A stretch of 61,833 nucleotides of DNA, the filler included, from Nemertoderma westbladi (taxonomy: Eukaryota > Animalia > Xenacoelomorpha), in assembly GCA_032718475.1 (NCBI GenBank). It is 3 parts of 3 records of this genome, joined end to end, with 100 filler letters (N's around TTAATTAATTAA, not from the genome) between each part and the next. Parts side by side here need not be neighbours in the genome. Positions count along the whole stretch, not along the records: positions 1 to 21,096 come from JAUCBJ010003354.1; positions 21,197 to 38,751 come from JAUCBJ010004309.1; 1 more part is not named here. The stretch is one strand, 5' to 3'. Positions 13,036 through 26,000 of this stretch are shown here, one piece after another; position 1 is the stretch's first letter, and every line of letters begins with the position of its first letter. The position numbers and the translations under genes were made by a program. The notes beneath the pieces were generated by a model, which did not search any database, was not told the DNA's origin, and saw nothing but the letters and a program-made list of their open reading frames with translations.

Positions 13036-13982
13036 CGGCTCCATGTATTTATTTAAACTGGAGAACAAACTCTGGAACCCTAATACAGCAGCACGGGCCA
13101 CACTGGACCTCAGATTGCGCACCTCCAGAAGTAAGGCGACTGTCACATCGTGCATCTGATTGGCTACAACGGTGGGATGCACTTCCGCCAAGTGTTTCAA
13201 GCTGCCAATAGCGTCACACTTGGTATTCCTAGGGGAAAAAAGTTAACAAGTATTAATTAGTGGAATATTTAGATAGCTAAGGTAACAACGCACCGAAGTC
13301 TTTAAGTGTAAAGATGAAATGTGGTACGAAAAAACGGATTTAAATCGACACAGTGAAAACAGGTATTAATAATAGAAAGCCAATCAATAAATATCCCAAA
13401 ATGAATCGTGTTCTAGAATATCATAATACTAAACTAACCAATCGTCATCACCCATCTTTCTCAAGGCATCCCGAAGCAGTTGTTCTGGGGTTTTCTTGGG
13501 TTCAACTCTCATGTCTTCCAAGTTTTTATCTTTGTTATCTTTACTACCTCTGCGTGGAATCACAAGCGGTCTGCAGAACAAACATTGCTACGGTTATACG
13601 AAGGATTTAAATTAAAAATATTGTATTTCCATATTGTATATGTATTGGCATAGATAAAATATTAAAAATTAGAAAAATTTAAAATTAGAATTCCCTATTA
13701 CATGGAAAATTCGCAGAATTTTTCGTTATGACCCCTTGTTGTACTGTACATGTACATTGACAGCTTGCTGATTCAGCAAAATAATAATTGTACTGTTACA
13801 CTAACTTCCTGGGTTTCCTCGTTTGTGATTGGTTGACTTTGTGAGGCGGCTCTATTCGGATCGTTGCCAGAGTAGCCAATCCCGTATTTGATTGTAGTGG
13901 GCCCATCGTACTCTCCCGTGATTGGCTGCCGGCCCCGAATATACTTAATGAATCTTGATCCCGACGTTTCGCTTCTGCTTGT
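13036..13982 (-). CDS. TOGARAM1: TOGARAM1-like gene, three exons (13806-13982, 13439-13570, 13036-13228)
   Basis: Translation ...PEQLLRDALRKMGDDDW|NTKCDAIGSLKHLAEVHP...EVRNLRSSVARAAV...YMEP contains the TOG signature (DW...NLRS.V.RAA) and joins in phase 0 to exon 664-812. Confidence 0.85.
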
Positions 13983-14905
13983 CTGAAAACAAAAGGTCGA
14001 TTTTATAAAATCAATTAATCTTTTATATTGCCGCTATTGGCTATAAATCTTAATTAAATCGCATGAAATATGAAACAGAGATAGTTTCACCTCCTTGGGT
14101 GAGTCTGAATATAAATTTTCGATTTTAATCTTTAGTCTCTTTTTGTGTATCTTTTCGGTGATTATTGCTGTCCGATCTGCGCAAAATAGCATCACTGGTC
14201 AATACCGCGGATAATGATAAAATAGTCAATACCGGATAATGAAGAAACTATCAATCTCCTCTCCATGATATGGACAATCAGGCAGTAAATACTCATACAA
14301 AGTTGGCAACATTGGATTTCTGCATTTATATTTCACTTTGCAATTTACCCCTTCTCTTTGATGATAATAACATATTATTCATTGGAAATGAACCTGTCAT
14401 TATGGTACTGCTGAGCACAGTGTTAGGGTTGTATGATGTACCTCTATAGTCTATAACTGATAGCCTTATAGGTAGGATATGAGGAGGGTCTACCCTGCTA
14501 CCTCAGTACATGTAGCATAACTGTTAATTGATTAGTGGAAAGTTGATTTTGGCCAGTTGGAGGCAAGCTCTTTATCCCTCAGACATCATTTCTAATTATT
14601 GTTCACAGAATTGTTGTCTTCGGCAGTCTTAGTAGGTTCTGAGGAGGTTAGATAGTCCAGGTCCAGGGATTACGCACCAAGTCTGACAACGTATTTATCC
14701 GTGCAACAGTACAGCTGTACAGCAGTACCGGTCTGCCGGTACAGGTCGCTAGCCCTGTAGCCAGTAGGTCTAGGTACCATTCCAGCGTACGCGATCTGTC
14801 CAACGGCAGAACGGGCCATGGTGGTAATCTACTGAGTTCATTTTAAACTGGACTGGATGTCAAGAGGTGGACAGACTTGAACTCGAGAATTACAAGAATA
14901 CCACA

Positions 14906-16993
14906 ATGGATATAATTAAATCGACATTTAACCGGGAAACGATCGATGCCATCGACAAGGCAATCGAAGATTGCGAGTTTGTAGCCGTTGACGCAGAATT
15001 TTCGGGGCTGGGATTCAAGGGTTCAGGGAAAGATAAACCAATGGATATGCCACCACAGCGGTATACTAGGAAACGGAATAACTCAATGGATTACCTGCTG
15101 CTACAGGTGGGAGACAGCTGTGATCAGCTGATTACAGATTAACTATATACCGTACGGTAGGTTCGGCTTACAGATAAGAGATATTTCCTTTCACATAAAC
15201 AATAAGAGATATTTCCTTTCATAAAAACAGAGACATTTACGTCTTTGAGCACAAATGGAAAATTCAGTTATTCATACTGTCACAGCATTGTTTGTAGCCG
15301 ATGGTATCATATTTTATAACATGTACTGTACGGTCAGACGCACGGTACTGTTTGACTGTTGTTACTTATATTCTTATGTAGTTGTAGGAATATGATATGC
15401 TGATATGAACCTGCCTGAGTGTTACACTATGTTTATATTCGTTAAGTAAAATGTAATATAACGCCACTTATGTGATTGATTTTATTTATATTGTAGTTTG
15501 GGTTATGTATATTTGAGTTCGACAAGGCTACTAGAACCTACAAAGTTCGACCCTATAAATTCTACTTATTCCCCAACACCGACCCGAAATTCTCCAGCCC
15601 CACAAACAACCCCAACTTCAGCTGCCAACTCTCTAGTATCGATTTCCTAGCTTCTAATAAATTCAACTTCAATAAGGTCTTCAATGAGGGGGTCCCTTAC
15701 ATCAAGTACAGCCATTACAAGTTCCTCCAGGGTAAATACAAGAAGAAGTACAAAGACAGAGCGAGTGCCATCGCCGCTGGTCCGGTAGGTGAGTTAGGAG
15801 ACCTGAGCAACGTCCCTTATGAGCAAGAAGAATTGATCGAGGAATGTCTCGTTCGAATCTCCGAACTTATCGAGTCTCCTGAGAGACTCGAGGTCTTTCT
15901 ACCCGTCTGCAGTAACTACCAGAGACTCCTTGTTTACGAGACAGTAGATAAAGTGTTCGACACCAGTCTACTCTACTTGGAGACATTGCCGGGTGATGTA
16001 ACACTCTCAGAACGGGTTATACGCGTTACTAAGGTGACCAAGGCCGAGCACAAAGATTTGTTCACCCGGATGAGGGATACCGAGTTATTTGCTCTGGAGG
16101 AAGCAATGGGATTCTCTAAGATAGTCCATCTTCTCTCTACAAAAGGGAAACCAATCGTCGGTCACAACGTGTTCCTCGACCTTCTCCACATCTTCGACAA
16201 ATTTATCGTCAAACTCCCCGACGACTACCACGAGTTCAAGACGATGCTGCACGGACGGTTCCCCCGCATCATCGACACCAAAGTCGTCGCCTCAGCCGAC
16301 ACACTCCGGACGGTGATCCCGCACACCGGGTTGGGGGACCTAGTCGGGAGACTAAAGGAGCCGCCCTTCCGATGGCCGGAGCACCGCGTAGCGGAAGGCT
16401 TCCCGGAGCTCCGCAGCGAGAGCTACCACGACGCTGGCTACGACGCTTACGTCACCGGACTCGCCTACATCACAATGGCTGACCATCTAGAAGGTTCCAA
16501 CTCATTAGTGACTCTCGTTAATAAAATATTCCTTATGAACAGTCCAGACATTCCTTACATCGATATAACTGGGGAGGATCCTAAACCAGATAGGAGCAAT
16601 GTGTTCCATATTAAATACCCGGATACTTGGAGGCTTTGGAATGTTAAGGACGTGTTCGAACCCTTCGGGGAGGTGGATGTGTACCCGTTGGGGGTTGACA
16701 GCGCCTACGTGCGGTTACGCTCGCGCGGTTTCAGTAGGAGCGCGTTGCTAGAACTGTGTCACGGTAGCGAGCGATTAGAGTTCCAGGTTAATCCGTACGG
16801 AAGCAAACCGAGTCGGTTTGGTAGTCGAGGGCGGGGCGGTAGGAGTTACAGCGGGGGTTGGCTGCCCGTGCAAGGGGTAGGGGAGGATGGGAGCGAGGTG
16901 GGGAGTGCGAGGGGGGAGGGGATGAGTGGGAGGCAGTACGGGGGCGGGAGGGGGGGAGCCAATCCGGGAAGAGGCCAAAATAGAGGTTATTGA
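14906..16993 (+). CDS. PARN: Poly(A)-specific ribonuclease PARN-family DEDDh deadenylase, exons 14906-15106 and 15497-16993, nested antisense in a TOGARAM intron
   Basis: MDIIKSTF...FVAVDAEFSG (D-x-E), Q|FGLCIF, SSIDFLASNKFNFNKVF, an R3H-like CSNYQRLLVYE, PIVGHN, IDTK, HDAGYDA and an RRM. The GT-AG intron is phase 0. Confidence 0.9.
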
Positions 16994-17729
16994 ACAAACC
17001 CAGAAATAAACGAAGATGGAATTCTACCTCTATTAGGCAATATGGTGTCGGTAATTTCATATAATCAATTCTTATTTCGTAGTGGCGGTATTTTATACGG
17101 AAGTTGAATTTATATCCTTATTATTTTATTGTACAAAATAATAGTTGTAAAAAAATTTGTATAATATTTCATATTAATTAACTGTTGCCTTTAATTCATT
17201 TTTAATGCGCTTTGTATTACTTTATTATTTTTATATTTATCTAAATCTTTTATATATTATTGTAATCTAATATACGGAATTATATTTCATGCTTATTTCT
17301 ACTGAATATGTTTTTTTAAAGAAAATTACAAATTATAATTAAAAATTGTATGCTGGAATGTTGGAGCTGGAATGGAACGTTGAATTGAACGCTGGAATGG
17401 GATGTTGGAACACTATAAATTTAAATTGTTCTTCCATTTTAACTCTCCTACTTATTTCTGACCCCAGATTGTTAGATAACAAGTGATTATATCCACCTCA
17501 GCTATTTGGTATGATTATTCAAATTAATTATATTTTATGGGTTGTATATATAATTATTGCACTTTCAGTGTGCGTTATGTTTATAAACCGTACGTGATCG
17601 GGAGTGGAATGGTCAATAAAACATCATTTATATTCGCGTTTGTTAACTTCGGTTTATTGTTTTGGTTCCATACATGAATTATTTGTGCCTGAACTATGGT
17701 GAAATGCCAGCAGACCCAGCTAAAATACG

Positions 17730-18640
17730 TCCCAAATTACTCTGTCAGCCGCCCCAACTCACTCTGCGGCCACCCCAAATCATTCGGTGAGCCGCCCTAA
17801 ATCACTCGGTCAGCGGCTCCAAATCACTCGGTCAGCCGCCCCAAATCACTCGGTCAGCCGCCTCAAATCACTGAGTCAGCCGCCTCAAATCACTCAAGTC
17901 AGCCGCCCCAAATCATTGAGTCAGCCGCCTCGCCCGAAATCACTCGGTCAGCGGCTCCAAAACTCTCGGTCAGCCTCCCCAAATCATTCGGTAAGCCGCC
18001 CTAAATCACTGAGTCAGCCGCCTCAAATCACTCAAGTCAGCCGCCCCAAATCATTCGGTAAGCCGCCCTAAATCACTCAGGCAGCCGCCCCAAATCACTC
18101 AAGTCAGCCGCCCCAAATCACTCGGTCAGCGGCTCCAAATCACTTGGTCAGCCGCCCAAAATCATTCGGTAAGCCGCCCTAAATCACTGAGTCAGCCGCC
18201 TCAAATCACTCAAGTCAGCCGCCCCAAATCATTCGGTAAGCCGCCCTAAATCACTCAGGCAGCCGCCCCAAATCACTCAAGTCAGCCGCCCCAAATCACT
18301 CGGTCAGCGGCTCCAAATCACTCGGTCAGCCGCCCAAAATCATTCGGTAAGCCGCCCTAAATCACTCAGTCAGCCGCCCCAAATCACTCGGCCAGTGGCT
18401 CCAAATCACCAGTCAGCCGCCCCATATCACTCGGTCAGCCGCCCCAAACAATTCGGTAAACCGCCCTAAATCACTCAGTCAGCCGCCCCAAATCACTCGG
18501 CCGGTGGCACCAAATGTCAGCCGCTCCAAATCACCAGTCAGCCGCCCCATATCACTCGGTCAGCCGCCCCAAAATCACTCGGTGACCCGCCCCAAATCAC
18601 TCGATGACCCGCCCCAAATCACTCGGTCATCCGCCTCAGA
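17730..18640. repeat. 22-bp GC-rich minisatellite (~40 copies) in a TOGARAM intron
   Basis: Unit ccccaaatcactcggtcagccg with variants and higher-order blocks. Confidence 0.95.
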
Positions 18641-18675
18641 TCAAACCACGAGTTCACCATAGAAGACACACTAAC

Positions 18676-18842
18676 CTTTGTTTATCTTCTAGTTCCCGTA
18701 ATTTTTCCCTGACCTTCTGTCTGTCCCTCTCCCTTTCCTTGTTGCTATCCTCCCGATGTTGACGTCTCTCATCAGCCTCCTGTTGACGTCTGTTTATCTT
18801 TTCTCTAGCTGACTGCGAAACTGCCAAGGATTCGCCAGAGTT
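18676..18842 (-). CDS. TOGARAM1: TOGARAM1-like gene, charged coiled-coil linker exon (most 5' exon visible)
   Basis: cag|NSGESLAVSQSAREKINRRQQEADERRQ...KLRELEDKQR|gttagt joins in phase 2 to exon 13806-13982 (QAEAKRR). Upstream exons were not found and may lie in or beyond the gap. Confidence 0.65.
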
Positions 18843-19299
18843 CTGCAACAAATTACAGATCGTTACTTAGAAGTACAGCACCAGAACTACGGTATATAAA
18901 ACTAGTGCATCCAATGAATTATTATTTATAGTAAATAATTGTGTAACAAAAAAACAATAAATTGAAGGAAGGTGTTTTGCTTCTCAGAATGAAGGATTTT
19001 GAATTTTGATGAAATCTCAAAGAAATTCTTGGTAAAAATTGAAAACGGTTTTCAGATTTGGAATCTGAGTAAATTAATGATGACACGGTTAATGATATCA
19101 AGATTTTAGGCTCTAGAAATTTGCGTTTCGTTATTTTAGCTTCCAATCTCTAGCTACAAGTGTTTAAAAAAAGTGTCTCCGCGATATTGACCAGTCGCCG
19201 CTGCGAAAGTTTCATCAGAATCGTTAGAGCGGTTTTGGCAGGAGATCAGTCAGCCAGCTAGTCAAGCAGTCCCACCGCAGATTTTTATTCTTCTACCTT

Positions 19300-19765
19300 T
19301 TAGCAGTTTGATGGTACTGAATTGTGAATTTCGTTGAAAAATAGCTGAGATACGAGCGTTCAAAAGTTGCATGGTTTTCATCTGGACGAGGCTATCTTAT
19401 TCTATTTTATTTAATAAATGCGTCATATTCTGGAACATTTTCTTTATCCACGACGTGTAGCTAGGCAAAAATAAAATGCATTACATCTTTAATCCTACTA
19501 TTACGTAGCTATTCATACAATAACCATGTAGCAGAATAACGACACTATATTCCAGCACATCCACATGATGTAGATATTGTATATTCCGCTGTTGCCTACC
19601 AACTCTTAAATTAAATAACACGTTCAAGAACATTGTTAATTTATTAAATAGAATAAATGGCCTGCAGTGAACAATAATTCTTGCAATATTTGAACGCCTA
19701 TTTCTCAGCTGTTTATCAACGAAATTCAGATATTGTTACATATTTGGAATCCTTGCAACGCAAGC
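19300..19765. mobile_element. MITE-like element with long imperfect inverted repeats; related fragments at ~23435-23515 and ~54820-54885
   Basis: gaatttcgttga..aa.agctgaga.a.g.gcgttcaaa at ~19325 is inverted at ~19690-19727. gttgccaggattccaaatatgtaaca recurs at the other two sites. Confidence 0.5.
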
Positions 19766-21096
19766 TTTATGGTACCAACCACGGTGAGTGGAACTAGTTG
19801 TTTTTCAAATTTCAAGCAATGTGATACAGATTTGTAGAAAAATTTGGGGGGCGGGCGGGGGGGGGGGGGGGGGGGGGGTCCGTGTCATCAGAAAATGACA
19901 CTATATTACGGGTCATGGTGTATTATGAGAACTGCCATCATCTATAGATTCCGAATCTAAAACCGTTTTAATTTTGTGTAAATTTTGAGACGTAAATCGC
20001 TGTAATTATAATGTTTTTTGTCTTTATTCTAGAATATTAATTATTATTTAGTTGAGCCTTTAATACTCCCCATCTTGTTTCATGTTTCTTCATTACGCGT
20101 AATTAATATTCTAGAAAAATAAAGTTAACAGAAATGATTAAATATTGCTAAAAAGGTTGTTGTATCGAAATAGCTCATAAATTAAAAAATAAGGCTCTAA
20201 CAGCAGTAAGAAAAATTGTCGAACTATCATCGATTGGAATTAGGGGGGGGGGGGGGGGGGGGGGATCCGACCCCGTAAAAATGGTTATTGTGTTAAGGGA
20301 GATGGAGATTGTGTATATAGGTCAGACAAGATAACCTACACTATATTGTAGGGCGATTCTTATTAATTTATTCCCAAGTAGCTACATTTATTGGCCTCTT
20401 GGAATGTATTACTAATTAATTGAATTCCTGCAGCGTCTGCCATACATACTTTTAACATTGTAGTACGGAGTTCTATTATTTCCCGAGTTAATAAAAATAA
20501 TTATAACAAAGTCCCCTGAGCCCGGAATTGGCAATAGCCGGACTCGCTGCCATAGCAACACATGGTGTCAAGTATCGATTGGGATAAAATCTGCTCACTA
20601 ACAAAGTTAACCATTAATTTGATAATAAACCGGCTGGCAGTCAATATCGCTAAAAAATATTTAATAAAATACATTATGGTTACCATTGCAACATACTGTA
20701 TGTACATCATTCTGACTAGCGTAAGTGTGTTTTAAAACATAGGCCGACATATAGGAGCTAGGCCTACTAACTTGGACCTATATATATCCCACTATTAATG
20801 TATATCACTTAGGACTTACAGCCATGTCATTTGACGTCCACATTAATATCTGACATTTTGTGGTGGTCGTCTTTTTCAAAATAAAAAATGACGTATTCGT
20901 ATTAGGAAATTTGTAAAGGCATATGGATACAGTATTGTAATTTTCTCAGATTAAACAAATAAATATTGATAATTTTGATGATAAAAGTATTAATGGTGCT
21001 ACATTGCCAGGGAGTATCCGAAACTAATTATTATCCGAAACTAAATAATTTTGCCTCAATAATATTATTATGGCAGATAAAAAGCAGTCTAAAAAA

Positions 21097-21196
21097 NNNN
21101 NNNNNNNNNNNNNNNNNNNNNNNNNNNNNNNNNNNNNNNNTTAATTAATTAANNNNNNNNNNNNNNNNNNNNNNNNNNNNNNNNNNNNNNNNNNNN
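21097..21196. other. Scaffold gap with TTAATTAATTAA spacer
   Basis: N44-ttaattaattaa-N44, identical in format to the gap at 38752-38851. Confidence 0.95.
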
Positions 21197-22009
21197 ATCA
21201 GAATAAGCATAACATTACACGGTACATTACATGAGCGAATTAGAGTATTAAGGACTGAAGGATGGCCTACAGTACAAACTGACTACAGTAGTGGTAATCA
21301 ATGGACGGTGAAGTATGGCGTATGGGTGCGGTGCGATGCGGTCTACAATTTTTACTATCCCCGTTATCTATCAGTACCGGAATGGAATCGAATATCGCGA
21401 GAGTTTGTAATGTATAGGCCATCCATCCTCACTCAATGCTGTAATACGCCGCCACGCGGTAGCTAGTCACTAGTCTGATGGAAGCGAAGAAGGGTATGGA
21501 CAACAGTAGCCTACTGCTGTACTGACTACTGGTAATAAAGTAACGGAATGTCCTTAACCTGTTCAGACTGTAATAATTCCGTTTGTTGAATATTATATGT
21601 ATACTTTTGTACATTCATCTTTACTTGTCTCTTTGTATTAATTAATTTGTTTGTTTGTCTTTCATATACTATGAACTCATTATTCGAATTTCTGTCTTGG
21701 TATATTGTCTGTTTGTTCTGTTTTTGTTCATTTTGTAAATTATGTTCCTGATTCACGTTCCGTACGCTATTCATATTTCTGATCTCATTCTATTTATCCA
21801 AGTACTTCCGGTTTGTGTTACTTCCGGTTTGTGTTACTTCCGGTTTGTGTTATGTTCTTTTTGTTAATTGATTAAGTTCCTGATTCTCGTTTTCATTCTG
21901 CTCATACTATTCATCTATTTTGTGCTTAACCTTCCCTTCCTGAGGACTACTATAGGTTTGTTAATGTTTCTTCTTTGTGTTTCTTGATTGTTTTTTTAGT
22001 CTATAAATT

Positions 22010-22110
22010 TATACATACATACATATACCCCTACATACATACATACATACATACATACACCCCTACATACATACATACATACATACATACATACATACAT
22101 ACATACATAG
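22010..22110. repeat. (TACA)n microsatellite
   Basis: Direct tetranucleotide repeat. Confidence 0.95.
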
Positions 22111-23084
22111 GTAAGGCTTAATGAACAAGCCCAGCACTGCAGTAGTTTAGTACATTACAGAGCAATTACTGTAGTGAATTTATATTTCGCGAAGGAATAA
22201 CACCGTATTTCAAATTTAACGGCAATTGCTTGAAATATAGCCCCTATCCTTTTGTTTATGAATGCTATCGAATGCTGAAAGTGCGAAATATGCCCCCTAT
22301 CAGGGAATGGATAGCTTCCACCTCCACCTTAACCTTTTCGAAAACTTTCTCATAACTTTCGGTAGCTTTCGTTAGCTGTAGAAGTAGAATTTAAGAAGTT
22401 TCTGTAACACTAAGATGAAGAACAAAAATTGGTAAAAAGGAAAAATATTCGTTCCATCATTAACACCCCCCCCCCCCCCCCCCCCTTCATTTCACCCCCA
22501 CACTCCCTGCCCCCTTAACCCCCTCCTCCAACATAATCGAACACAAACCATATGGTAAGTAATTGGCTACTCTGCTTAAGCTACACAGCTATTCCACTGT
22601 ACTAAAGTTAACCCAATATTATTAACTAATTAATGGCTTTACCCAAACAATTTCAAGCAACACCTGTTTGTATAATAACTACTGTATAATGAATGTCTGC
22701 ATTGTAAGAAAGCCTTTAATGGAAAACCAGTAAATAGTTAATACACATTGGGCTATTACCCTTATGATTTAACTCACAATATATGTACATTATTAACTAT
22801 ATTTAGTTAAAAAAAATTGCCTGTAATCTGACAACTTTACAGTAAGAGCAGTTCAATTAGTAAAATAAAGTTTATAGTTGAAATAAATACAAATTTACAG
22901 TAAATAATAAAGTTTAAATAAAATTATTATGTAATCTGGCTGATTCGTCATATTTTTTTTGTTTAATTAATTATCGTATTGAAAAAGGGCAACCTGCCTC
23001 GCACCACTAAGTCCAAATAGTCTAAGTATAAAACCCAAAAAATTGTCTAAATCCAACAGTTGTTACTGCGAGAAGAAGAGAAGT

Positions 23085-26000
23085 ATGGTTGTAAATCACC
23101 AGTTATGCATAACTAAACGGAAATCTTACTGGGAGCTACTAAGGTTGAGTAGTGGGATCTGTGCGGTGGAGATGGTTTATGCGTCTGAGCTGGCCTTTGT
23201 GTCTCCTTTGTTGCTGAGAGTTGGACTTAGTAAAACCTACATGACTATGGTCTGGTTAGTAATACTTCCAGTATCAATACAATACCTATAAGACTATATA
23301 GTTTATGGTTAAAATAATGATTTAGTAATACGGTAGTAGTACAGTAATAGTACAATATAATAACAATGGTTGGTATATACTGTATATGTAGGATGTTACT
23401 TTCGCCTGACATCAACAATGTAATTAACAGCACAGCTGACGTTGCCAGGATTCCAAATATGTAACAATATCTGAATTTAGGTGAGAATCAGCTGAGATAT
23501 AGGCGTTCAAAGATTGGAGGAATAATTGTACGGGTGACAGCTACTGCTTAAAGGCAGTCGTTGGACTACCCCCAAAATACCTTGAAATGTATGATAATGT
23601 TACGCCGGCACTAAATGATGAATATTAGAGATTCGATACTGTAAAATTATCGCGGTACCAATTTGCCAAATCCATTCCTCAATAAAATCCTACCCTGCAA
23701 CTCCATCGCTTGGCAGTCATTAATAATTATCTTCACAATCTTGTTGCCTTGTTCTATATTAATAATAACTGTTACGCCGAATGTTCAATAAAACTGAACT
23801 TATGGTTGATCGAGTTGGACGACTTGTTTTGAGTGTACCGGTGTCCGGTTATATACCGCAATACATACAGGCCAAACATATAGTAGCATGTAATGTAATA
23901 TCTTTAGGATAACAGTAGTGTTAAACTATTTATGTAAATGTTAAAAATTTCCATCCTACTAAAAAATGAAATGTTGGCCTACAGTATGGGGATGAGCGAA
24001 TCTGAAATTATAGTTTAGGTGGGGAAGTCAGCAGTACTCCAGCCTCCACCAGGGTCAAATAGGTGTAAAGGATGGAATATAAAGGCCCGGTTTAGCGACA
24101 CGCTTTGCACTTTCAGCGCATTTGAGATGTTCAGCGACAACGCTTTGTAAATGCGTTGAGTTCAAAGTGCTCTCTGAAAACCCAGAGTTGAGAAATGTTG
24201 AACTTTCCGATTTCAAAGCGTTCCATATTAACATTATATCTATGGCGATGAATATGTGATGGATTTTCAAATTGCCATTTAAATCACATGATCACTTGCA
24301 GTTCGCGCCTGCGTTATTAAATTTATAATTGAGGTAGACCGTATAGTATACAGTATAAAAATGTCTTCAATTCTCGGCATTTTAAAGAAAGACCTGGCAA
24401 ATTTTGATGCAAAATTATAAATTAATTACAAGTAAATTATTGATGGATTATTGATAACTTTTCTCAAACATCGTTGCAACTATGTTTAAATATTGCTGCA
24501 ACCACATTTCCACAAATCGTTGTCGTTAAACCGAAAACGATTAGCTGGCGCTTCGCCAACGCACTCTGAACTCATTTTCAAAGTTGTCCCAGCGCGGTAA
24601 GAGTGCTCTCAACGAGTGCTGAAAGTGCGTTGAAAGTCTATGGAAAGCAAACCGGGCCTTACCCCGTTACCCGTTAAGTAGGCTACACTACAGTAAGCTT
24701 CCTTACTTTGCCCTGCGCCAAGGCTCATCGAACGTATGCAATGAACGAACTTCATTATTCGCAGGTGTCTGTCTCCCCTCCTCGGATTCTTCCTGACACC
24801 TGTACTCGGTTCCCTTAGCGACCAGTGCTCCTCTCCTATTGGTCGCCGCAGACCGTTTATCGCTGGACTCACTGCCACAATGCTCATCGGTCTGCTAATA
24901 ATCCCCAACTCCGTCAACCTAATCGAATCAACATCACCGATCCCCGACTTTCCATCCAATCAGAGCCAAATAGAATATATTGCCAAAGAAACCACTGACC
25001 AATCGGATAACAGTAGAACCTTGTGGTATCTGGGAAGAGTTTTGATGGTCATCGGGATAATATTTTTGGATTTCAGCAGCGATGCGAACACAAGCAGCAT
25101 TCGGTCGTATTTACTGGATGTACTCCACCCGGACGACCACAGTAGGGGACTGAGGTTAGTAAAACATAGACCACCACTAGTTCACATACTTACATATTCA
25201 CATAATGTCGTCATAGGGTTTTTCGAAAATTTAGTGCACGTGTTTGTCCATACATTTGACTATTATGCTTATGTACCTCTTCTGAAGAATTGGTTCAACA
25301 GAAAGGCTTGAAATTTGGAGGGGAATTAATTTTGCATGTGTCTCAGATGTGGTAGCAGAATACTTATTTTGATCACCAGAAATTTTCAAAGTGGAAAATG
25401 TTATTTGTAAAAAGTATTTTGGCTGTTTTTTTGTGATGTAACTTTTGAAATTTCTAACAGACATGTCTAAATGTGGTACCAATACTGTACAGTATAAAGG
25501 AATAGTAGAAGAAAATGTTCAATGAAAATTGAAATCGCTGAAAATTTCATGCAATTTGGTCCAGTAGTTCCAGAGAAACAGATATATGAGTGAAAAATGA
25601 AAAGGAAAACACAGACAGACAGCCTGATATAGACCATCTAGACTCCTTTAACCGTTAAAACAGACATCATAAATGAAATTATAGACTGACAGACAAACAG
25701 AGAGCTATAACTCGAGAACTAAAAAAGATCTCGCTATGTCGTTTTCTTTCAGTTTTGAAATCGCCATTAAATTTTGATCCAGAATCCGTAAAAAAAATGT
25801 TGATTTCTTTTAAATTTTGACCACAAACAGGAGCCCTTAAAATCATTGTTATTTGACATGGTTATAAATTTAACTCTTCAGTTCTGTAGACAGTTTACAT
25901 TGTAGTAAAACATTGTAATCACATCTTGTGTATCTCGTTACATTTTAAACTTTTCATATATCATGTACTGGAACACTACATCATATTTCAGTAAGAAAAA

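Noticed and set aside
17787-18071. Repetitive SRPKSLSQPP ORF
   Set aside because: It is a translation of the 22-bp minisatellite.
21097-21196. Palindromic TTAATTAATTAA between N runs (also 38752-38851)
   Set aside because: The identical format in both gaps marks it as an assembly spacer, not biology. Linkage across the gaps is also uncertain.
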